Assembly (NCBI GenBank): GCA_964494345.1
Contig: CAZBSI010000001.1
Location: 424,481 to 488,480 of the forward strand
Origin: an uncultured bacterium
GTDB taxonomy: Bacteria > Armatimonadota > UBA5829
Reading direction: 5' to 3'
DNA length: 64,000 nt
A program made the position numbers and the translations under genes. The notes beneath the pieces are model-generated. The model made no database searches. It was given only the letters and a program-made list of their open reading frames with translations, and was not told the origin of the DNA. Positions 1 through 9,798 of the stretch are shown in pieces. The number at the start of each line of letters is the position of its first letter. Within the stretch, counting starts at the first letter, position 1.

Positions 1-469
1 AAAGAAAAAGAAGCCCTACCAGCCTAAGACCGCCGAGCAGCACTTGAAGGCGATGCAGAAAGCCTGCACCTCCGTACTCGACCTGCTTGACGAGCGAGTG
101 TCTCAGTTCCTATCTATCGAGCAAACTAACCAGATGCTAAGCTCCACCGCCGATCTTGCAGAACAAATCACGCGCTTCAATAAGGCCATGCGCGAATCTC
201 TACAGCAAAATGATCGCAGCTTCCGCGAGATATACGTCCATTGTCCGCTGTGCGGCAGAATCGAGCTTATCGGCAGTCTGCGTTGCAGTGTCTGCTGGAG
301 CGTACTGCGTCGGTGCCTGGACTGTGCAAACTACGATCAATCCTATCAAAAGTGTACAAAGCTGGGCTACGCGGTGTTTATGTCAGACGCCGATAGTCCG
401 GACGAGAGGTCGCATTCGTATAACTGCGAGCATTATAAGCCTCGCTTCGATGTAGAAGCGGCGGCGTAA
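1..469 (+). CDS. Cys-rich hypothetical protein (zinc-ribbon-like CxxC pairs), 5' end cut by the window edge
   Basis: The frame is open from nt 2 (KKKKPYQPKTAEQH...), so the listed TTG start at 44 is probably internal. The C-terminal half carries CPLCG, CSVC and CLDC motifs. No family recognised. Confidence 0.45.
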   Translation, partial: KKKKPYQPKTAEQHLKAMQKACTSVLDLLDERVSQFLSIEQTNQMLSSTADLAEQITRFNKAMRESLQQNDRSFREIYVHCPLCGRIELIGSLRCSVCWSVLRRCLDCANYDQSYQKCTKLGYAVFMSDADSPDERSHSYNCEHYKPRFDVEAAA

Positions 470-483
470 TGTACTGAGCATCC

Positions 484-1875
484 CTAGAACTGTCCACCGA
501 AAACAGTATAAATCAACAACATATTGAGCAATAGGATTATCAGGCCTGATACAATCATCAGGCCATTTTCTATGCGGCCGTTTGCGTATGTTCCCATTAC
601 ACGCTTGCTACTTGTTAATAGAAACAACGGCAACATAGTCAAAGGAAGTTGAATGCTCAGGCAAGCCTGGCTTACGATAAGCGCTTTGAATGTGTCGTTT
701 ATCAACAATATCATCAAACAAGCCGGCAGCAGAGTCAGAACCACTCCGAAGCGGAACCACTTATTTTCAGTGGCAGTCGGCTGCCCAATGAAGCCCGTGA
801 ACGCAATTCCACCAGAGAGCGCAGCCGTCACAGACGAAGCAACACCTGCCAGCAGTAGCCCAATTCCAAAGATCAATCGCGCCAGGTTGCCCACAAGTGG
901 CCGCAGAGACTGAGCAGCGTCGACCAGGTCATCTATACGAAATCCGTGCCTGTGAAACACCGCTGCGGCTACAATAAGCATACCCGCGTTAATCGCCAAC
1001 CCCACAAGCATAGCCAGCAAAGTATCCAGAAACTCGAACCTCAGCAATCTCCTGGTCTCCGCCTCAGACTTGCCCTGCCAATGTCGATTTTGGATAACTT
1101 CGGAGTGCAGATACATATTGTGCGGCATCACAACAGCTCCCAGCACGCCAATAGCGATAAGCACGCTGCCGGAATCCAGCTCTGGGACCACCAGATGATA
1201 CGCCGTAGCCGCCCAGTTTGGATTAACCAAATACAGTTCAGTAAGATAACCAACACCAATAACACTAACAAGCGCTACTATCACTTTTTCCAGGTTCGAA
1301 TAGTGCCGGAACCAGATCGCGGCAGCCGAGAGGATGGCCGCTATCGCCATCCCATAGACGATTGGTATTCTGAATAAGATGAACAACCCAATAGCCGCGC
1401 CGAGCAGTTCCGCTAAAGCAGTGGCAGAAATGGCCGCCATAGCGGTTACGCCATAAATTGAGGCCGGGACTTTGTGTATGTTTTCGCGAATTGACTCCGC
1501 CAGGCACTTGCCGGTTACCACCCCAAGGTGAGCAGACATATGTTGCCATAGAATCAGAATCGCAGTGCCCAGCACCACCACCCAGAGCAGTTTGTAGCCA
1601 TAATAACTCCCCGCCGCAACGTTTGTAGCCCAGTTACCCGGGTCGATGAACCCAACCGTAACAAAAAAACCGGGCCCCAAATAGCCTATAATCTGCTTCA
1701 ACGCCTGCCCCTTGCTCCTCAAGCGAGAGGCCTGGCGGTCCAGCATGGATGGCAAAGTGATCTTCATAACTCTACTATGATACCCCAGATGTCCCAGAGT
1801 ATCCATATTCCGCCACATAATCCGCGACTTGACAGATGAATGCAAATATCGCACAATGCGGTTGTACATTGTCAA
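484..1875 (-). CDS. mntH: NRAMP-family divalent metal (Mn2+/Fe2+) transporter
   Basis: NRAMP signatures GPGFFVTVGFIDPGNWATN and MPHNMYLHS, with many hydrophobic segments. The listed TTG start at 1875 is itself part of a TTGACA hexamer, so ATG 1869 or ATG 1767 (MKITLPS) may be the true start. Confidence 0.9.
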   Translation of the reverse strand: MTMYNRIVRYLHSSVKSRIMWRNMDTLGHLGYHSRVMKITLPSMLDRQASRLRSKGQALKQIIGYLGPGFFVTVGFIDPGNWATNVAAGSYYGYKLLWVVVLGTAILILWQHMSAHLGVVTGKCLAESIRENIHKVPASIYGVTAMAAISATALAELLGAAIGLFILFRIPIVYGMAIAAILSAAAIWFRHYSNLEKVIVALVSVIGVGYLTELYLVNPNWAATAYHLVVPELDSGSVLIAIGVLGAVVMPHNMYLHSEVIQNRHWQGKSEAETRRLLRFEFLDTLLAMLVGLAINAGMLIVAAAVFHRHGFRIDDLVDAAQSLRPLVGNLARLIFGIGLLLAGVASSVTAALSGGIAFTGFIGQPTATENKWFRFGVVLTLLPACLMILLINDTFKALIVSQACLSIQLPLTMLPLFLLTSSKRVMGTYANGRIENGLMIVSGLIILLLNMLLIYTVFGGQF

Positions 1876-1986
1876 GACTTACCTGGCATCCCTCCCAGGT
1901 GTGTGATGTGATGGAGTAGGGTATATATACGCTAGAGCTGAATGCTCAGTGTCTTACGGATGGGGCTTGCAAAGGGGGCGATCTCT

Positions 1987-2280
1987 ATGTCAGTCGTAGA
2001 TTCCGCAATGGCCCGCGAAGTACTCCGAGACATCTCCAAGCGTCCCATAGACATCAGCAACCTGAATGTCTATGTAAACAGAGGTGTCGTGCACCTTGCC
2101 GGTCGTGTGGACAATTTACGGGGTGAGTATCGAGATCTGGATCTGCGGGAGGAAGTGAATATTATTATCAGACTACTCAAGCAGAAACCAGGGATACGCG
2201 ATGTTTGCTGTGAAATCGACTTTGTCGAAATTCAAATGCCTGGTAAGCTTAACAAGCTGAGGCGAAGGCGCTGGTATTAG
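1987..2280 (+). CDS. BON-domain protein
   Basis: BON-like pattern LNVYVNRGVVHLAGRVDN ... KQKPGIRDVCCEIDF. ATG 1987 has AAGGGGG 9 nt upstream, whereas the ORF-track start at 1942 has no SD. Confidence 0.55.
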   Translation: MSVVDSAMAREVLRDISKRPIDISNLNVYVNRGVVHLAGRVDNLRGEYRDLDLREEVNIIIRLLKQKPGIRDVCCEIDFVEIQMPGKLNKLRRRRWY

Positions 2281-2317
2281 GCGCCGCCTGCCGCCGACTA
2301 TATGCTCGATTATCTTT

Positions 2318-2350
2318 AGCCCTCCAAGCGTCGCCTTGGGGGGCTTTGTT
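2318..2350 (+). terminator. Rho-independent terminator after the BON gene
   Basis: Hairpin AGCCCTCCAAG-cgtcgc-CTTGGGGGGCT (one G.U pair) followed by TTGTT. Confidence 0.5.
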
Positions 2351-2507
2351 GCAAAAAAAAGGCTCCGCAATGCATGCGAAGCCCGGAGAGAAGGAGGAAA
2401 AAGATGTTGCGTCTTGTGCCATATAGTGTATTCCACGGCACAGACCCGACTTCACATCTTTTTCGTTCGATATATAAATTAATATGTCCGGCTCAGATTT
2501 TATGCGT

Positions 2508-3311
2508 TCAGCCGCCTAGAGTCACCCTGAAGTTTTGAAACGCCTCAGACCACACCATATCCTTCGGCGGCTTGCATTCCAACATAATACTCGCCTTGCA
2601 ATTCAGCACCTTAAAGGTCGAAGAGAACGCCGGCCAATCTATGTTACCAAGGCCCGGATATAGATGCTGATCCCCCGAACCATCGTTGTCGTGCAGGTGG
2701 GTGGTTACTGCGTGTGGCAAAAGTGCGCTGGCAAACTCAGAAAAGTGACCTGATAAATTGGCATGCCCGCTATCGAAGCACACCGCCACCGAGTCTCGGT
2801 TTGTGCCGTTAAGCAGACTTACAATTTCTTCAGGCGTATGGCCGAGATAGCCCGGAGGCAGGTTCTCAAGAGCCAGAATAATGCCGGACTCCGAAGCTAT
2901 TCCGCCCATCTCTCGCAAAACACCCCGCGCGCGCTCCATTCTCCGCGTCATATCACCGTCGATTCTGTCACTGGCGTGCACGATCACCTTGTCTGCATCA
3001 ATCACACTCGCCAGCTCAATCGCTTGAATCAGTCCGCTAACACCGCGTTCGTGCACGATATCGTCCGGGCTGGAAATATCAAGAGGTTCGCCAAAAGGTG
3101 AATGAATGGAATGCACACGCACTCCGGAAGCGCATAATACTTCCAATAGTTTTTGCAGCGAAGCTGCGTTTCGATAGTCGATGTGCTCCGGATTACCCAT
3201 CCCGACTTCAATTGCCGTCACACCTTGATCGGCCAATTCGGGAATGGCTTCGATGAGCTTTTCAATACTTGAATACCAAGCGGGGCAAACGATCTCCAAT
3301 TCCGACTCCAA
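2508..3311 (-). CDS. Sugar phosphate isomerase/epimerase (xylose isomerase-like TIM barrel)
   Basis: 267 aa. Typical family pattern: VRVHSIHSP, KVIVHAS, ALENLP, CFDSGHANL, HLHDNDG. Confidence 0.75.
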   Translation of the reverse strand: MESELEIVCPAWYSSIEKLIEAIPELADQGVTAIEVGMGNPEHIDYRNAASLQKLLEVLCASGVRVHSIHSPFGEPLDISSPDDIVHERGVSGLIQAIELASVIDADKVIVHASDRIDGDMTRRMERARGVLREMGGIASESGIILALENLPPGYLGHTPEEIVSLLNGTNRDSVAVCFDSGHANLSGHFSEFASALLPHAVTTHLHDNDGSGDQHLYPGLGNIDWPAFSSTFKVLNCKASIMLECKPPKDMVWSEAFQNFRVTLGG

Positions 3312-3382
3312 TCCTAATCAACGAGCAACAGGATTGCATTAGACCTTTGCATCCATTGTTCCTCTATATTTTTTGGATAGGG

Positions 3383-6300
3383 TCAGTCGAAAGAGTACTT
3401 GAAGTCTATTCGGCCCACAGTATCGCCTTCCCAGGCGTTGATTGAGCCTTTTTCGATTCCAGTTTTTCGCTGCAAAGACAGGCTGAGGTAGTTGTCCGCC
3501 CTGAGCTTCGTGTCGAACTTCAAGCGGAAAATGGGTTTGTTCTCCGTGCTCTTGCCTTCGTCGAGAGCACACCAACCATAATACAGCTCATAGCTGGTCG
3601 CGTCCTTAACGGTGCGGGCTATCCCAAGCCCAATCACGTTTGCGTGTCGGAACGTCTCGTCATTAGTCGAAGTCGTATAGTCGGCCGTGAGCAAAGTGGC
3701 CTTATTAAGATTGTGATTGAGCTTAATAACAGTCCCACCCACTGGAATCACAGCGCCATTTTTGCCGTCTTTTCCCAGGAAAGAACTGAATGTCATCGCA
3801 GTAGCGGGCGCGAATTTATAGTCGAAGCTATAATTCTTCTTATTAGTACGCACCCCCAACGGCGTCGTCAGGTCCTGGCTGTAAAGCGTCCAATGATACG
3901 GCTTTTTGGGGTCTTTATCCGATTCATACTGAAATATGGTCGAAGAATAGTACAACCCATTTTTAGGATTGAGCTTATCCGTCGTATCATAGAGCAGCTT
4001 TCCGCCCAACAAACCCGCATCTACTTTGAACGCATCGTCACACACCGTCTGCTTTCCTCGAAGCGAGGTGTGATTCCTGGCAGAGGCGATCGTGACATCA
4101 TTCAGCAACAAAAGCCTCTTTGTCAACAACCCGTTGAGAGAGAACGACGAAGAGTTCTGGTTGCCTTTCGGGCCACCCTCACGACTCGCAGTGCTAAACG
4201 TCATTTTTAGGTCCTTGCGAGCATCCCACTCGAAACCGACCAGGCTGTTCGCCTCCGAATTACCGGAATCCCTCGCAGTCGTCGAATAACCGCTCACCAG
4301 CGACAAGTTTCGCACCGCCGCGGTTTTGAAGCCTACAGAATGCGTATTGTCGTATTTCCCACTGCCATAATCAATGTTGACAACGTCCGCCGTAAACGAC
4401 GTCTTGGATTTCGGATTAGACTCTATATGGTTCTCGAACACAGTAGTGGTCTGCGGCCCCGAATCACCTTCCTCAGTCGTATAAACATCGTTTCTTCCCT
4501 TAACGGCCAATCCACCAAGCACGTTGAATGAGTGATCGAATTTCACTTCTTTATGGAAGTAGCTGGCTATGTTTCCGGATTCCGCGATATAAGAGAAATC
4601 GTCGGTCAGGAAATTGATTTTTGGTCCGCCGGCAGGGGTGTAGGCTATATTATGCCTGTTCTGGCCTCTCGTTTGTCCAGCAGTGACGTTTGTCGAGTCA
4701 TATAGATACGAATCAAACGCCAAAGTCTTAATCGGCTGGAACTTGATGGCATAGTCGGCTCTTCTGAAACCCCTATCCTGCGTCAGTTTCTCTCGATCCG
4801 GGTTAGAGAGGTCCATTATTCGGCTGAAACCTGCATCTATATCCTGGAAGTTCGCTACGAAGTTCAATTTTGAGTTCTTCACAGCAAACTTCTCTCTATG
4901 GAATCCCGCTCCGGCGTTATCGACCACGTTTGCAGTGTCCAAAGTAACGTCAGACTTCATGAGTTTCAGCGTGCCGCCCAACTCCGTGCGCGACATTCCA
5001 AACTCGTTGCCATAGTGAGTCTTCTCTATCGGTTGCAGCGCTCCCAGTTTATCGAATTTGGAATCGATATTTTGAGAGTCGAAATACGCCGAGAAGCCTT
5101 TGCCTTTCAGGCCAAAGGCTCTGCGTGTAAGCCCGCCCTTTTGTGAGTCTACGTTCGACATAGACATCCAGGTGTCGATACGGCCCGCATCAATCTGAAC
5201 TACATAAGTTGATCGATCCAGCCCGGCCTCGTTTGCGATCTGCGCCTTATCCTCGGCCGTGACCTGGCTCGTAGATGGATCGAACTGGCGACGAGCCATC
5301 AACGCCATTCTGGTCCGCTCTTCATCTGTCAATGCGCTTAATCTGTTGAAGCCTGGGTCACTTGCTCGTACATCGGCTTGTATCTGCACGCCGCCAACTT
5401 GAATATCAGCCTGGCGATATGAAAGATCCGCATTTCCATCGCTGAGGTCAGTGAAGTTCACCCCGCTCCAGATCGCCTTCTTGTCAGCGCTTACGGCAGT
5501 CTTAAACTGCATGCTGAAGCTCTGGCGACTCATGCCCTGTTCCGCAGCCATCTGGGCACGGTCAGCTTCGCGTATTTCTTTAAAGTGGCTAAACTGCCTG
5601 CCGACGTTTCTCGCGTTGTATGAAAATGCGAATGAATCTGTCTTATAGCCAAAGTTTCGAGACAAGATATCATCGGCCTTATCGCTGATTCGATTCACTG
5701 CGAAAGTGAGGCCCTGTCCCTCACCGGCTATGCTCATCCGGCGTACGCCCTTCTCTTTTTCGAGTTGGTTAAGCGCATCATTTGCCGCCACTTTGGAATC
5801 CTTCAAAGAGGAGAACCCGACGAAATCCTGACCGACGTCCTGATATCCGAGCTTGAGTCTGAACTTGCCAGCCTGTAGATCAGCATCCTGAACGATTAAG
5901 TGATCTCTCTTAATCTTTGTTTCAGCCTTCTTCACCGGGGCGCCCGTCGCATTTAACGTTATTCTATTACTCGACTGAGGAGAGGTTACATAGAACATAC
6001 CCGTCAGCGTAGAGTTACTCGATGCGCCGAATTTGCTGAGGTTACTCAATCCGTAGGTCAACACATCCTGACCGCTTAGGCCCGGTGTCGATTCCGCCGT
6101 GCGCAGAGAATACATCATGTTCGTCTGCAAACCCGACCCAAACTTCATCGCCAGCATACTCGGCGTCGCCGACTTGCGTTCAGTTCCACCTTTAGCGGAG
6201 TAGCGATAGTCCACCTGCACGGTGTTCATAGTCGAGATCGGCTCTGTGAAGAAAAGGGTGCCCGATTCATAATCGATGGTGTAATCCCGATTCCGAGCCG

Positions 6301-6541
6301 CTCGTTTGGCGCCAATCGAGACCCATTCGCTTTCTGGAATTACATTTCCGCGTCCCAGCATATATCCTGCGCGAGTACCATTGCCCGGCAGCAGTTCCGT
6401 GGTCATCACGCCGTCATCGCTGGCCGCTTGAGTCTTCTGAACGGCGGAACTGTCAACAAGCGCATTAGCAGGGGCATCGGCTAAGACGCTCCCCGCCATC
6501 ACAAAGACCAATATTAAAGCTATGAGTGCAAGTGTCCTCAT
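3383..6541 (-). CDS. Large secreted, probably outer-membrane beta-rich protein of unknown function
   Basis: 1052 aa. Signal peptide MRTLALIALILVFVMAGSVLADA. Gly/Ser/Thr/Tyr-rich with alternating-residue, beta-strand-like composition throughout. No TonB-receptor plug motifs recognised. Confidence 0.6.
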   Translation of the reverse strand: MRTLALIALILVFVMAGSVLADAPANALVDSSAVQKTQAASDDGVMTTELLPGNGTRAGYMLGRGNVIPESEWVSIGAKRAARNRDYTIDYESGTLFFTEPISTMNTVQVDYRYSAKGGTERKSATPSMLAMKFGSGLQTNMMYSLRTAESTPGLSGQDVLTYGLSNLSKFGASSNSTLTGMFYVTSPQSSNRITLNATGAPVKKAETKIKRDHLIVQDADLQAGKFRLKLGYQDVGQDFVGFSSLKDSKVAANDALNQLEKEKGVRRMSIAGEGQGLTFAVNRISDKADDILSRNFGYKTDSFAFSYNARNVGRQFSHFKEIREADRAQMAAEQGMSRQSFSMQFKTAVSADKKAIWSGVNFTDLSDGNADLSYRQADIQVGGVQIQADVRASDPGFNRLSALTDEERTRMALMARRQFDPSTSQVTAEDKAQIANEAGLDRSTYVVQIDAGRIDTWMSMSNVDSQKGGLTRRAFGLKGKGFSAYFDSQNIDSKFDKLGALQPIEKTHYGNEFGMSRTELGGTLKLMKSDVTLDTANVVDNAGAGFHREKFAVKNSKLNFVANFQDIDAGFSRIMDLSNPDREKLTQDRGFRRADYAIKFQPIKTLAFDSYLYDSTNVTAGQTRGQNRHNIAYTPAGGPKINFLTDDFSYIAESGNIASYFHKEVKFDHSFNVLGGLAVKGRNDVYTTEEGDSGPQTTTVFENHIESNPKSKTSFTADVVNIDYGSGKYDNTHSVGFKTAAVRNLSLVSGYSTTARDSGNSEANSLVGFEWDARKDLKMTFSTASREGGPKGNQNSSSFSLNGLLTKRLLLLNDVTIASARNHTSLRGKQTVCDDAFKVDAGLLGGKLLYDTTDKLNPKNGLYYSSTIFQYESDKDPKKPYHWTLYSQDLTTPLGVRTNKKNYSFDYKFAPATAMTFSSFLGKDGKNGAVIPVGGTVIKLNHNLNKATLLTADYTTSTNDETFRHANVIGLGIARTVKDATSYELYYGWCALDEGKSTENKPIFRLKFDTKLRADNYLSLSLQRKTGIEKGSINAWEGDTVGRIDFKYSFD

Positions 6542-6554
6542 ATCAAATCGCGAT

Positions 6555-7433
6555 CTAGAATCTCGCGTTTATCACGCTAACTACATTAGACGGGCGGCCT
6601 CTGCGTTGCATTGCCGCTTTGCTCTTCATTTCTGCCGTCCATTCCTCCGCGTTATCATTAGATATAGCAGGGGAGGAGGCAATCCTTGTTAGATCCTGCT
6701 TCTCGCTCTTTTTGGAGACTGCCGCAGTTTCAGCGCTCGGCTCCGACACCGGTAAGGCAGCCACCGTCTGCGCAGTGGTGGTATCGTCTACAACGATTGT
6801 TTGTTCAACCGAATCATCCGCCTTCTTCGTCTCAGCAACCACTGGGCTGGCCGCTTCCGCTTTTGGGACTACTACTGTTTTGGGCACGAGGGCGACTACT
6901 ATCGGCCGCTTCGTATGCTTCGTCGACACAACACGCCGGGCACTCGTGCGTGGCGCCGGCTCACTTACTCCGACAGAGCCCGATTCAGCACTGGCGATTT
7001 GCTCAGTAGTAGTTTGCGGCAGAGCATGGGAGGCAACGATAGGCGCTGCAGGCTCAGGCTGTGTAGCAATCCGCTTCACCGGCTCGCTCACTTTGCCAAT
7101 AGAAATCACAAACAGTAAGGCAAACATCGCAACAGCGGCGCCACCTGCCCAGGCAAGTGGCCGGAACGAGAAGAGGTGGTCGCGAACTGCGACCCATCGT
7201 CCGCCTCGCTGTTTCTGAGTGGTGGCGGCAGCTATTCGCATTCTCAGGTCAGCGGGTGGTTGAGCAGTTTCAATCTCGTTGGAGGCGCTTACGAGCGCTC
7301 TGAGCGCGGCCAATTCGGCCCTGCAATCCGCACAGACGCTTAAATGATTTTCAACATCGATAAAATCGCTCTTGGAAAGCTCTTCATCGATGTATTCGCT
7401 TAAAAGATTCTCAATTCTGCTGCAGTCCACCAC
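6555..7433 (-). CDS. Anti-sigma factor, zf-HC2 type, single-pass membrane protein
   Basis: N-terminus CSRIENLLSEYIDEEL...HLSVCADCRAEL matches the H-x3-C-x2-C anti-sigma zinc motif. One TM (LAWAGGAAVAMFALLFVI) and a low-complexity A/T/V/P-rich C-terminal part. GTG 7433 has GGAGG 6 nt upstream. Confidence 0.65.
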   Translation of the reverse strand: MVDCSRIENLLSEYIDEELSKSDFIDVENHLSVCADCRAELAALRALVSASNEIETAQPPADLRMRIAAATTQKQRGGRWVAVRDHLFSFRPLAWAGGAAVAMFALLFVISIGKVSEPVKRIATQPEPAAPIVASHALPQTTTEQIASAESGSVGVSEPAPRTSARRVVSTKHTKRPIVVALVPKTVVVPKAEAASPVVAETKKADDSVEQTIVVDDTTTAQTVAALPVSEPSAETAAVSKKSEKQDLTRIASSPAISNDNAEEWTAEMKSKAAMQRRGRPSNVVSVINARF

Positions 7434-7518
7434 GATGCACCTCCACGATAACGCCAAATTGCGCTTTCATGTTGGTTTGACACGCGGCTTTGCAGAAAGT
7501 AACAACTTTCTTTGCGGA

Positions 7519-7731
7519 TTATTGCTGGGGGGATTTTGATTGAGGAGCCTGCTTATCGCGAAGCTCCGCAGCGCCGCAGTCCTTCAGTTTGCTCGACGCT
7601 GCTCCACACGAGCCGGCATAAGGGCAGCCGGAGCAGCAGCTTTTATCAGACGGCCTCAGTCGCCTCAACAAAAATATGATTGCCCCAACGACAATTACGC
7701 CAGTTATTATCCACTGAACTAAATTGCTCAT
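7519..7731 (-). CDS. FeoB-associated Cys-rich small membrane protein
   Basis: 70 aa: an N-terminal TM followed by CCSGCPYAGSCG. The start ATG overlaps the feoB stop (ATGA). Confidence 0.7.
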   Translation of the reverse strand: MSNLVQWIITGVIVVGAIIFLLRRLRPSDKSCCSGCPYAGSCGAASSKLKDCGAAELRDKQAPQSKSPQQ

Positions 7732-9773
7732 AATATATTAAGTAATAACCCCAAGCGGTAGACCAGTAAACCCATAATATACGCAAGTGTTATGGAATAG
7801 CCCACCGAAAACATCGTCCACTTCCACGAGTTCGTCTCGCGTTTTATCGCAGCCACCGTGGCGATACACGGCACGTAAATCAGGCTTACAACCATAAACA
7901 CATAAGCGGTCAATGGGGTAAACCAAACTGCCAGCGCCTGGTGCAAGTCTCCCGATGGATGAGCTCCACCATAAAGCACACCCAATGTGCTGACCACTAT
8001 CTCCTTTGCGCCAATTCCAAACAGCAAGGCAACCGCTGCACGCCAATCCATTCCGAGCGGCTTAACCAGAGGCTCAAGCACCTGTCCCAAGTGGCCGACA
8101 AGGCTGTTCTTACCTGCAAAATCCACACCCCACGGCAACGACCCCATAGCCCATATAACTACTGAGGCTGCCAAAATCACCGTCCCGGCCTTGCTTAAAA
8201 ACAGCCATGTCCGTTCCCACACGTGAAGCAGCGTTCCGCGCAGGGTAGGCATTCGATAAGGCGGCAATTCCATAACAAACGGCGACGCCGCTTTTGGAAA
8301 GAGCACTTTTCGGAACAGCTTGCCGGAAAATACTGCCAACAATACTCCCAGGGCATATATCGAAAAAATCACCATTGCGCCTTGTTTGGAGAAAAATATG
8401 CCGGTGAAGAGTATATATATCGGTAGTCTTGCCGTGCAGCTCATCAACGGGTTGATAAGGATCGTCAGCAGCCTGTCCTCACGGGTTTCCAGCGTTCGAG
8501 TCGCCATAACCGCAGGCACGTTGCAGCCAAAGCCCATCAGCAGCGGGATAAAAGACTTCCCGTGCAGCCCCACAAGATGCATCGACCTGTCCATTAAAAA
8601 CGCGGCGCGCGCCATATAACCGGAATCTTCCAAAAAGGAGATAATCAGGAAGATAATCGCAATATTTGGGACAAACACCACAACCCCGCCGACCCCTGCG
8701 ATCACACCCTTTACCACCAGCGAGGATATCGGACCAGGCGGCAGCATAGAACCTATCCATGCGCCGAGAGACGAGACACCAACCTCGATCCACTGCGTAA
8801 AAAAGCCTCCCACATCGAATGTCAATTTGAATGTGAGCCACATCAACGCTAAAAAAATCGGAATCCCAAGCCAGCGGTGAAGCAATACGTCATCTATGCG
8901 GTCTGAAGCTTCTATTCTGTCCACTGAGGGGGTTTTTGTCACGGCCTCGCGCAGCAGACCGCCAATAAATCCGTATCGCCCATCAGCGATAACAGTCTCC
9001 AACTCGTCCCCGAACCCTTGGACCAGGTGCCTCTTGGTCTCCTCGACCTTCCGCAGAGTATCCTCCGGGTCTTTAGAACATTCAGCTAAGAGACGCCTGG
9101 CTGCCGTATCCCCTTCGAGGGTCTTTATAACCAGCCACCTGGCGGGCATCGAATTGACACACCGTCCACCTTCATCGATATCCACAGATATCTCATCAAG
9201 CAGCTTAGAGACTTCTATCTCCACTTCCGGGTTGTGCCTGGTGCTGCGGGGCGTGTCATAACCGTTCTTAGCCAATTCCAGCACTTTATTTAAAATCGCA
9301 TCCATACCTTCGCCTTTGGCGGCGACGGTAGGCACAATCTCTACTCCCATTAAGCTCGATAGTTTCCTGATGTCCAGTTTCTGACCCATACCCTCGGCGA
9401 CGTCGATCATGTTAAGAGCCACTATCATAGGCAGCCCCAGTTCGAGGAGTTGGGTAGTGAGGTAGAGATTGCGCTCAAGGTTGCTGGCGTCAACGACGTT
9501 CACGATAACGTCAATGCGCCCGTTGAGCAGAAAATCCCTGGCAATTATCTCTTCCTGAGAAAACGCCGATAGGCTGTAGATGCCGGGTAGATCGACTACC
9601 CTGAACTCCTGACCTTTGCGCCGTACTGTGCCTTCTTTGTGTTCGACGGTGACGCCGGGCCAGTTGCCGACGTGTTGATGGGAGCCGGTCAGTTCGTTAA
9701 ATACTGTGGTTTTTCCGGAATTGGGGTTACCTGCGAGCGCTATGACGATATTGTTATCTTGCATTTCTTTCAT
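7728..9773 (-). CDS. feoB: Ferrous iron transporter B (G-domain plus permease)
   Basis: GNPNSGKTT P-loop, DLPG, NMID, then a long polytopic membrane domain. 681 aa. Confidence 0.95.
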   Translation of the reverse strand: MKEMQDNNIVIALAGNPNSGKTTVFNELTGSHQHVGNWPGVTVEHKEGTVRRKGQEFRVVDLPGIYSLSAFSQEEIIARDFLLNGRIDVIVNVVDASNLERNLYLTTQLLELGLPMIVALNMIDVAEGMGQKLDIRKLSSLMGVEIVPTVAAKGEGMDAILNKVLELAKNGYDTPRSTRHNPEVEIEVSKLLDEISVDIDEGGRCVNSMPARWLVIKTLEGDTAARRLLAECSKDPEDTLRKVEETKRHLVQGFGDELETVIADGRYGFIGGLLREAVTKTPSVDRIEASDRIDDVLLHRWLGIPIFLALMWLTFKLTFDVGGFFTQWIEVGVSSLGAWIGSMLPPGPISSLVVKGVIAGVGGVVVFVPNIAIIFLIISFLEDSGYMARAAFLMDRSMHLVGLHGKSFIPLLMGFGCNVPAVMATRTLETREDRLLTILINPLMSCTARLPIYILFTGIFFSKQGAMVIFSIYALGVLLAVFSGKLFRKVLFPKAASPFVMELPPYRMPTLRGTLLHVWERTWLFLSKAGTVILAASVVIWAMGSLPWGVDFAGKNSLVGHLGQVLEPLVKPLGMDWRAAVALLFGIGAKEIVVSTLGVLYGGAHPSGDLHQALAVWFTPLTAYVFMVVSLIYVPCIATVAAIKRETNSWKWTMFSVGYSITLAYIMGLLVYRLGLLLNIL

Positions 9774-9798
9774 AGACGGTATTCCGAACCAAAATCAA

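Noticed and set aside
1768-1941. Possible Mn-responsive riboswitch or operator in the mntH leader, including the palindrome ACCTGG-N8-CCAGGT at 1880-1899.
   Set aside because: I could not recognise yybP-ykoY-type conserved segments. The palindrome is short and the true mntH start is uncertain, so the evidence is insufficient for a feature call.
2391-2538. A 44-codon plus-strand ORF (MLRLVPYSVFHG...) with a perfect AAGGAGG 6 nt before ATG 2404, in the convergent spacer after the BON gene.
   Set aside because: It lies downstream of two terminator-like hairpins and runs into the 3' end of the opposite-strand isomerase gene. It has no recognisable motif and no visible promoter, so the SD match is probably fortuitous.
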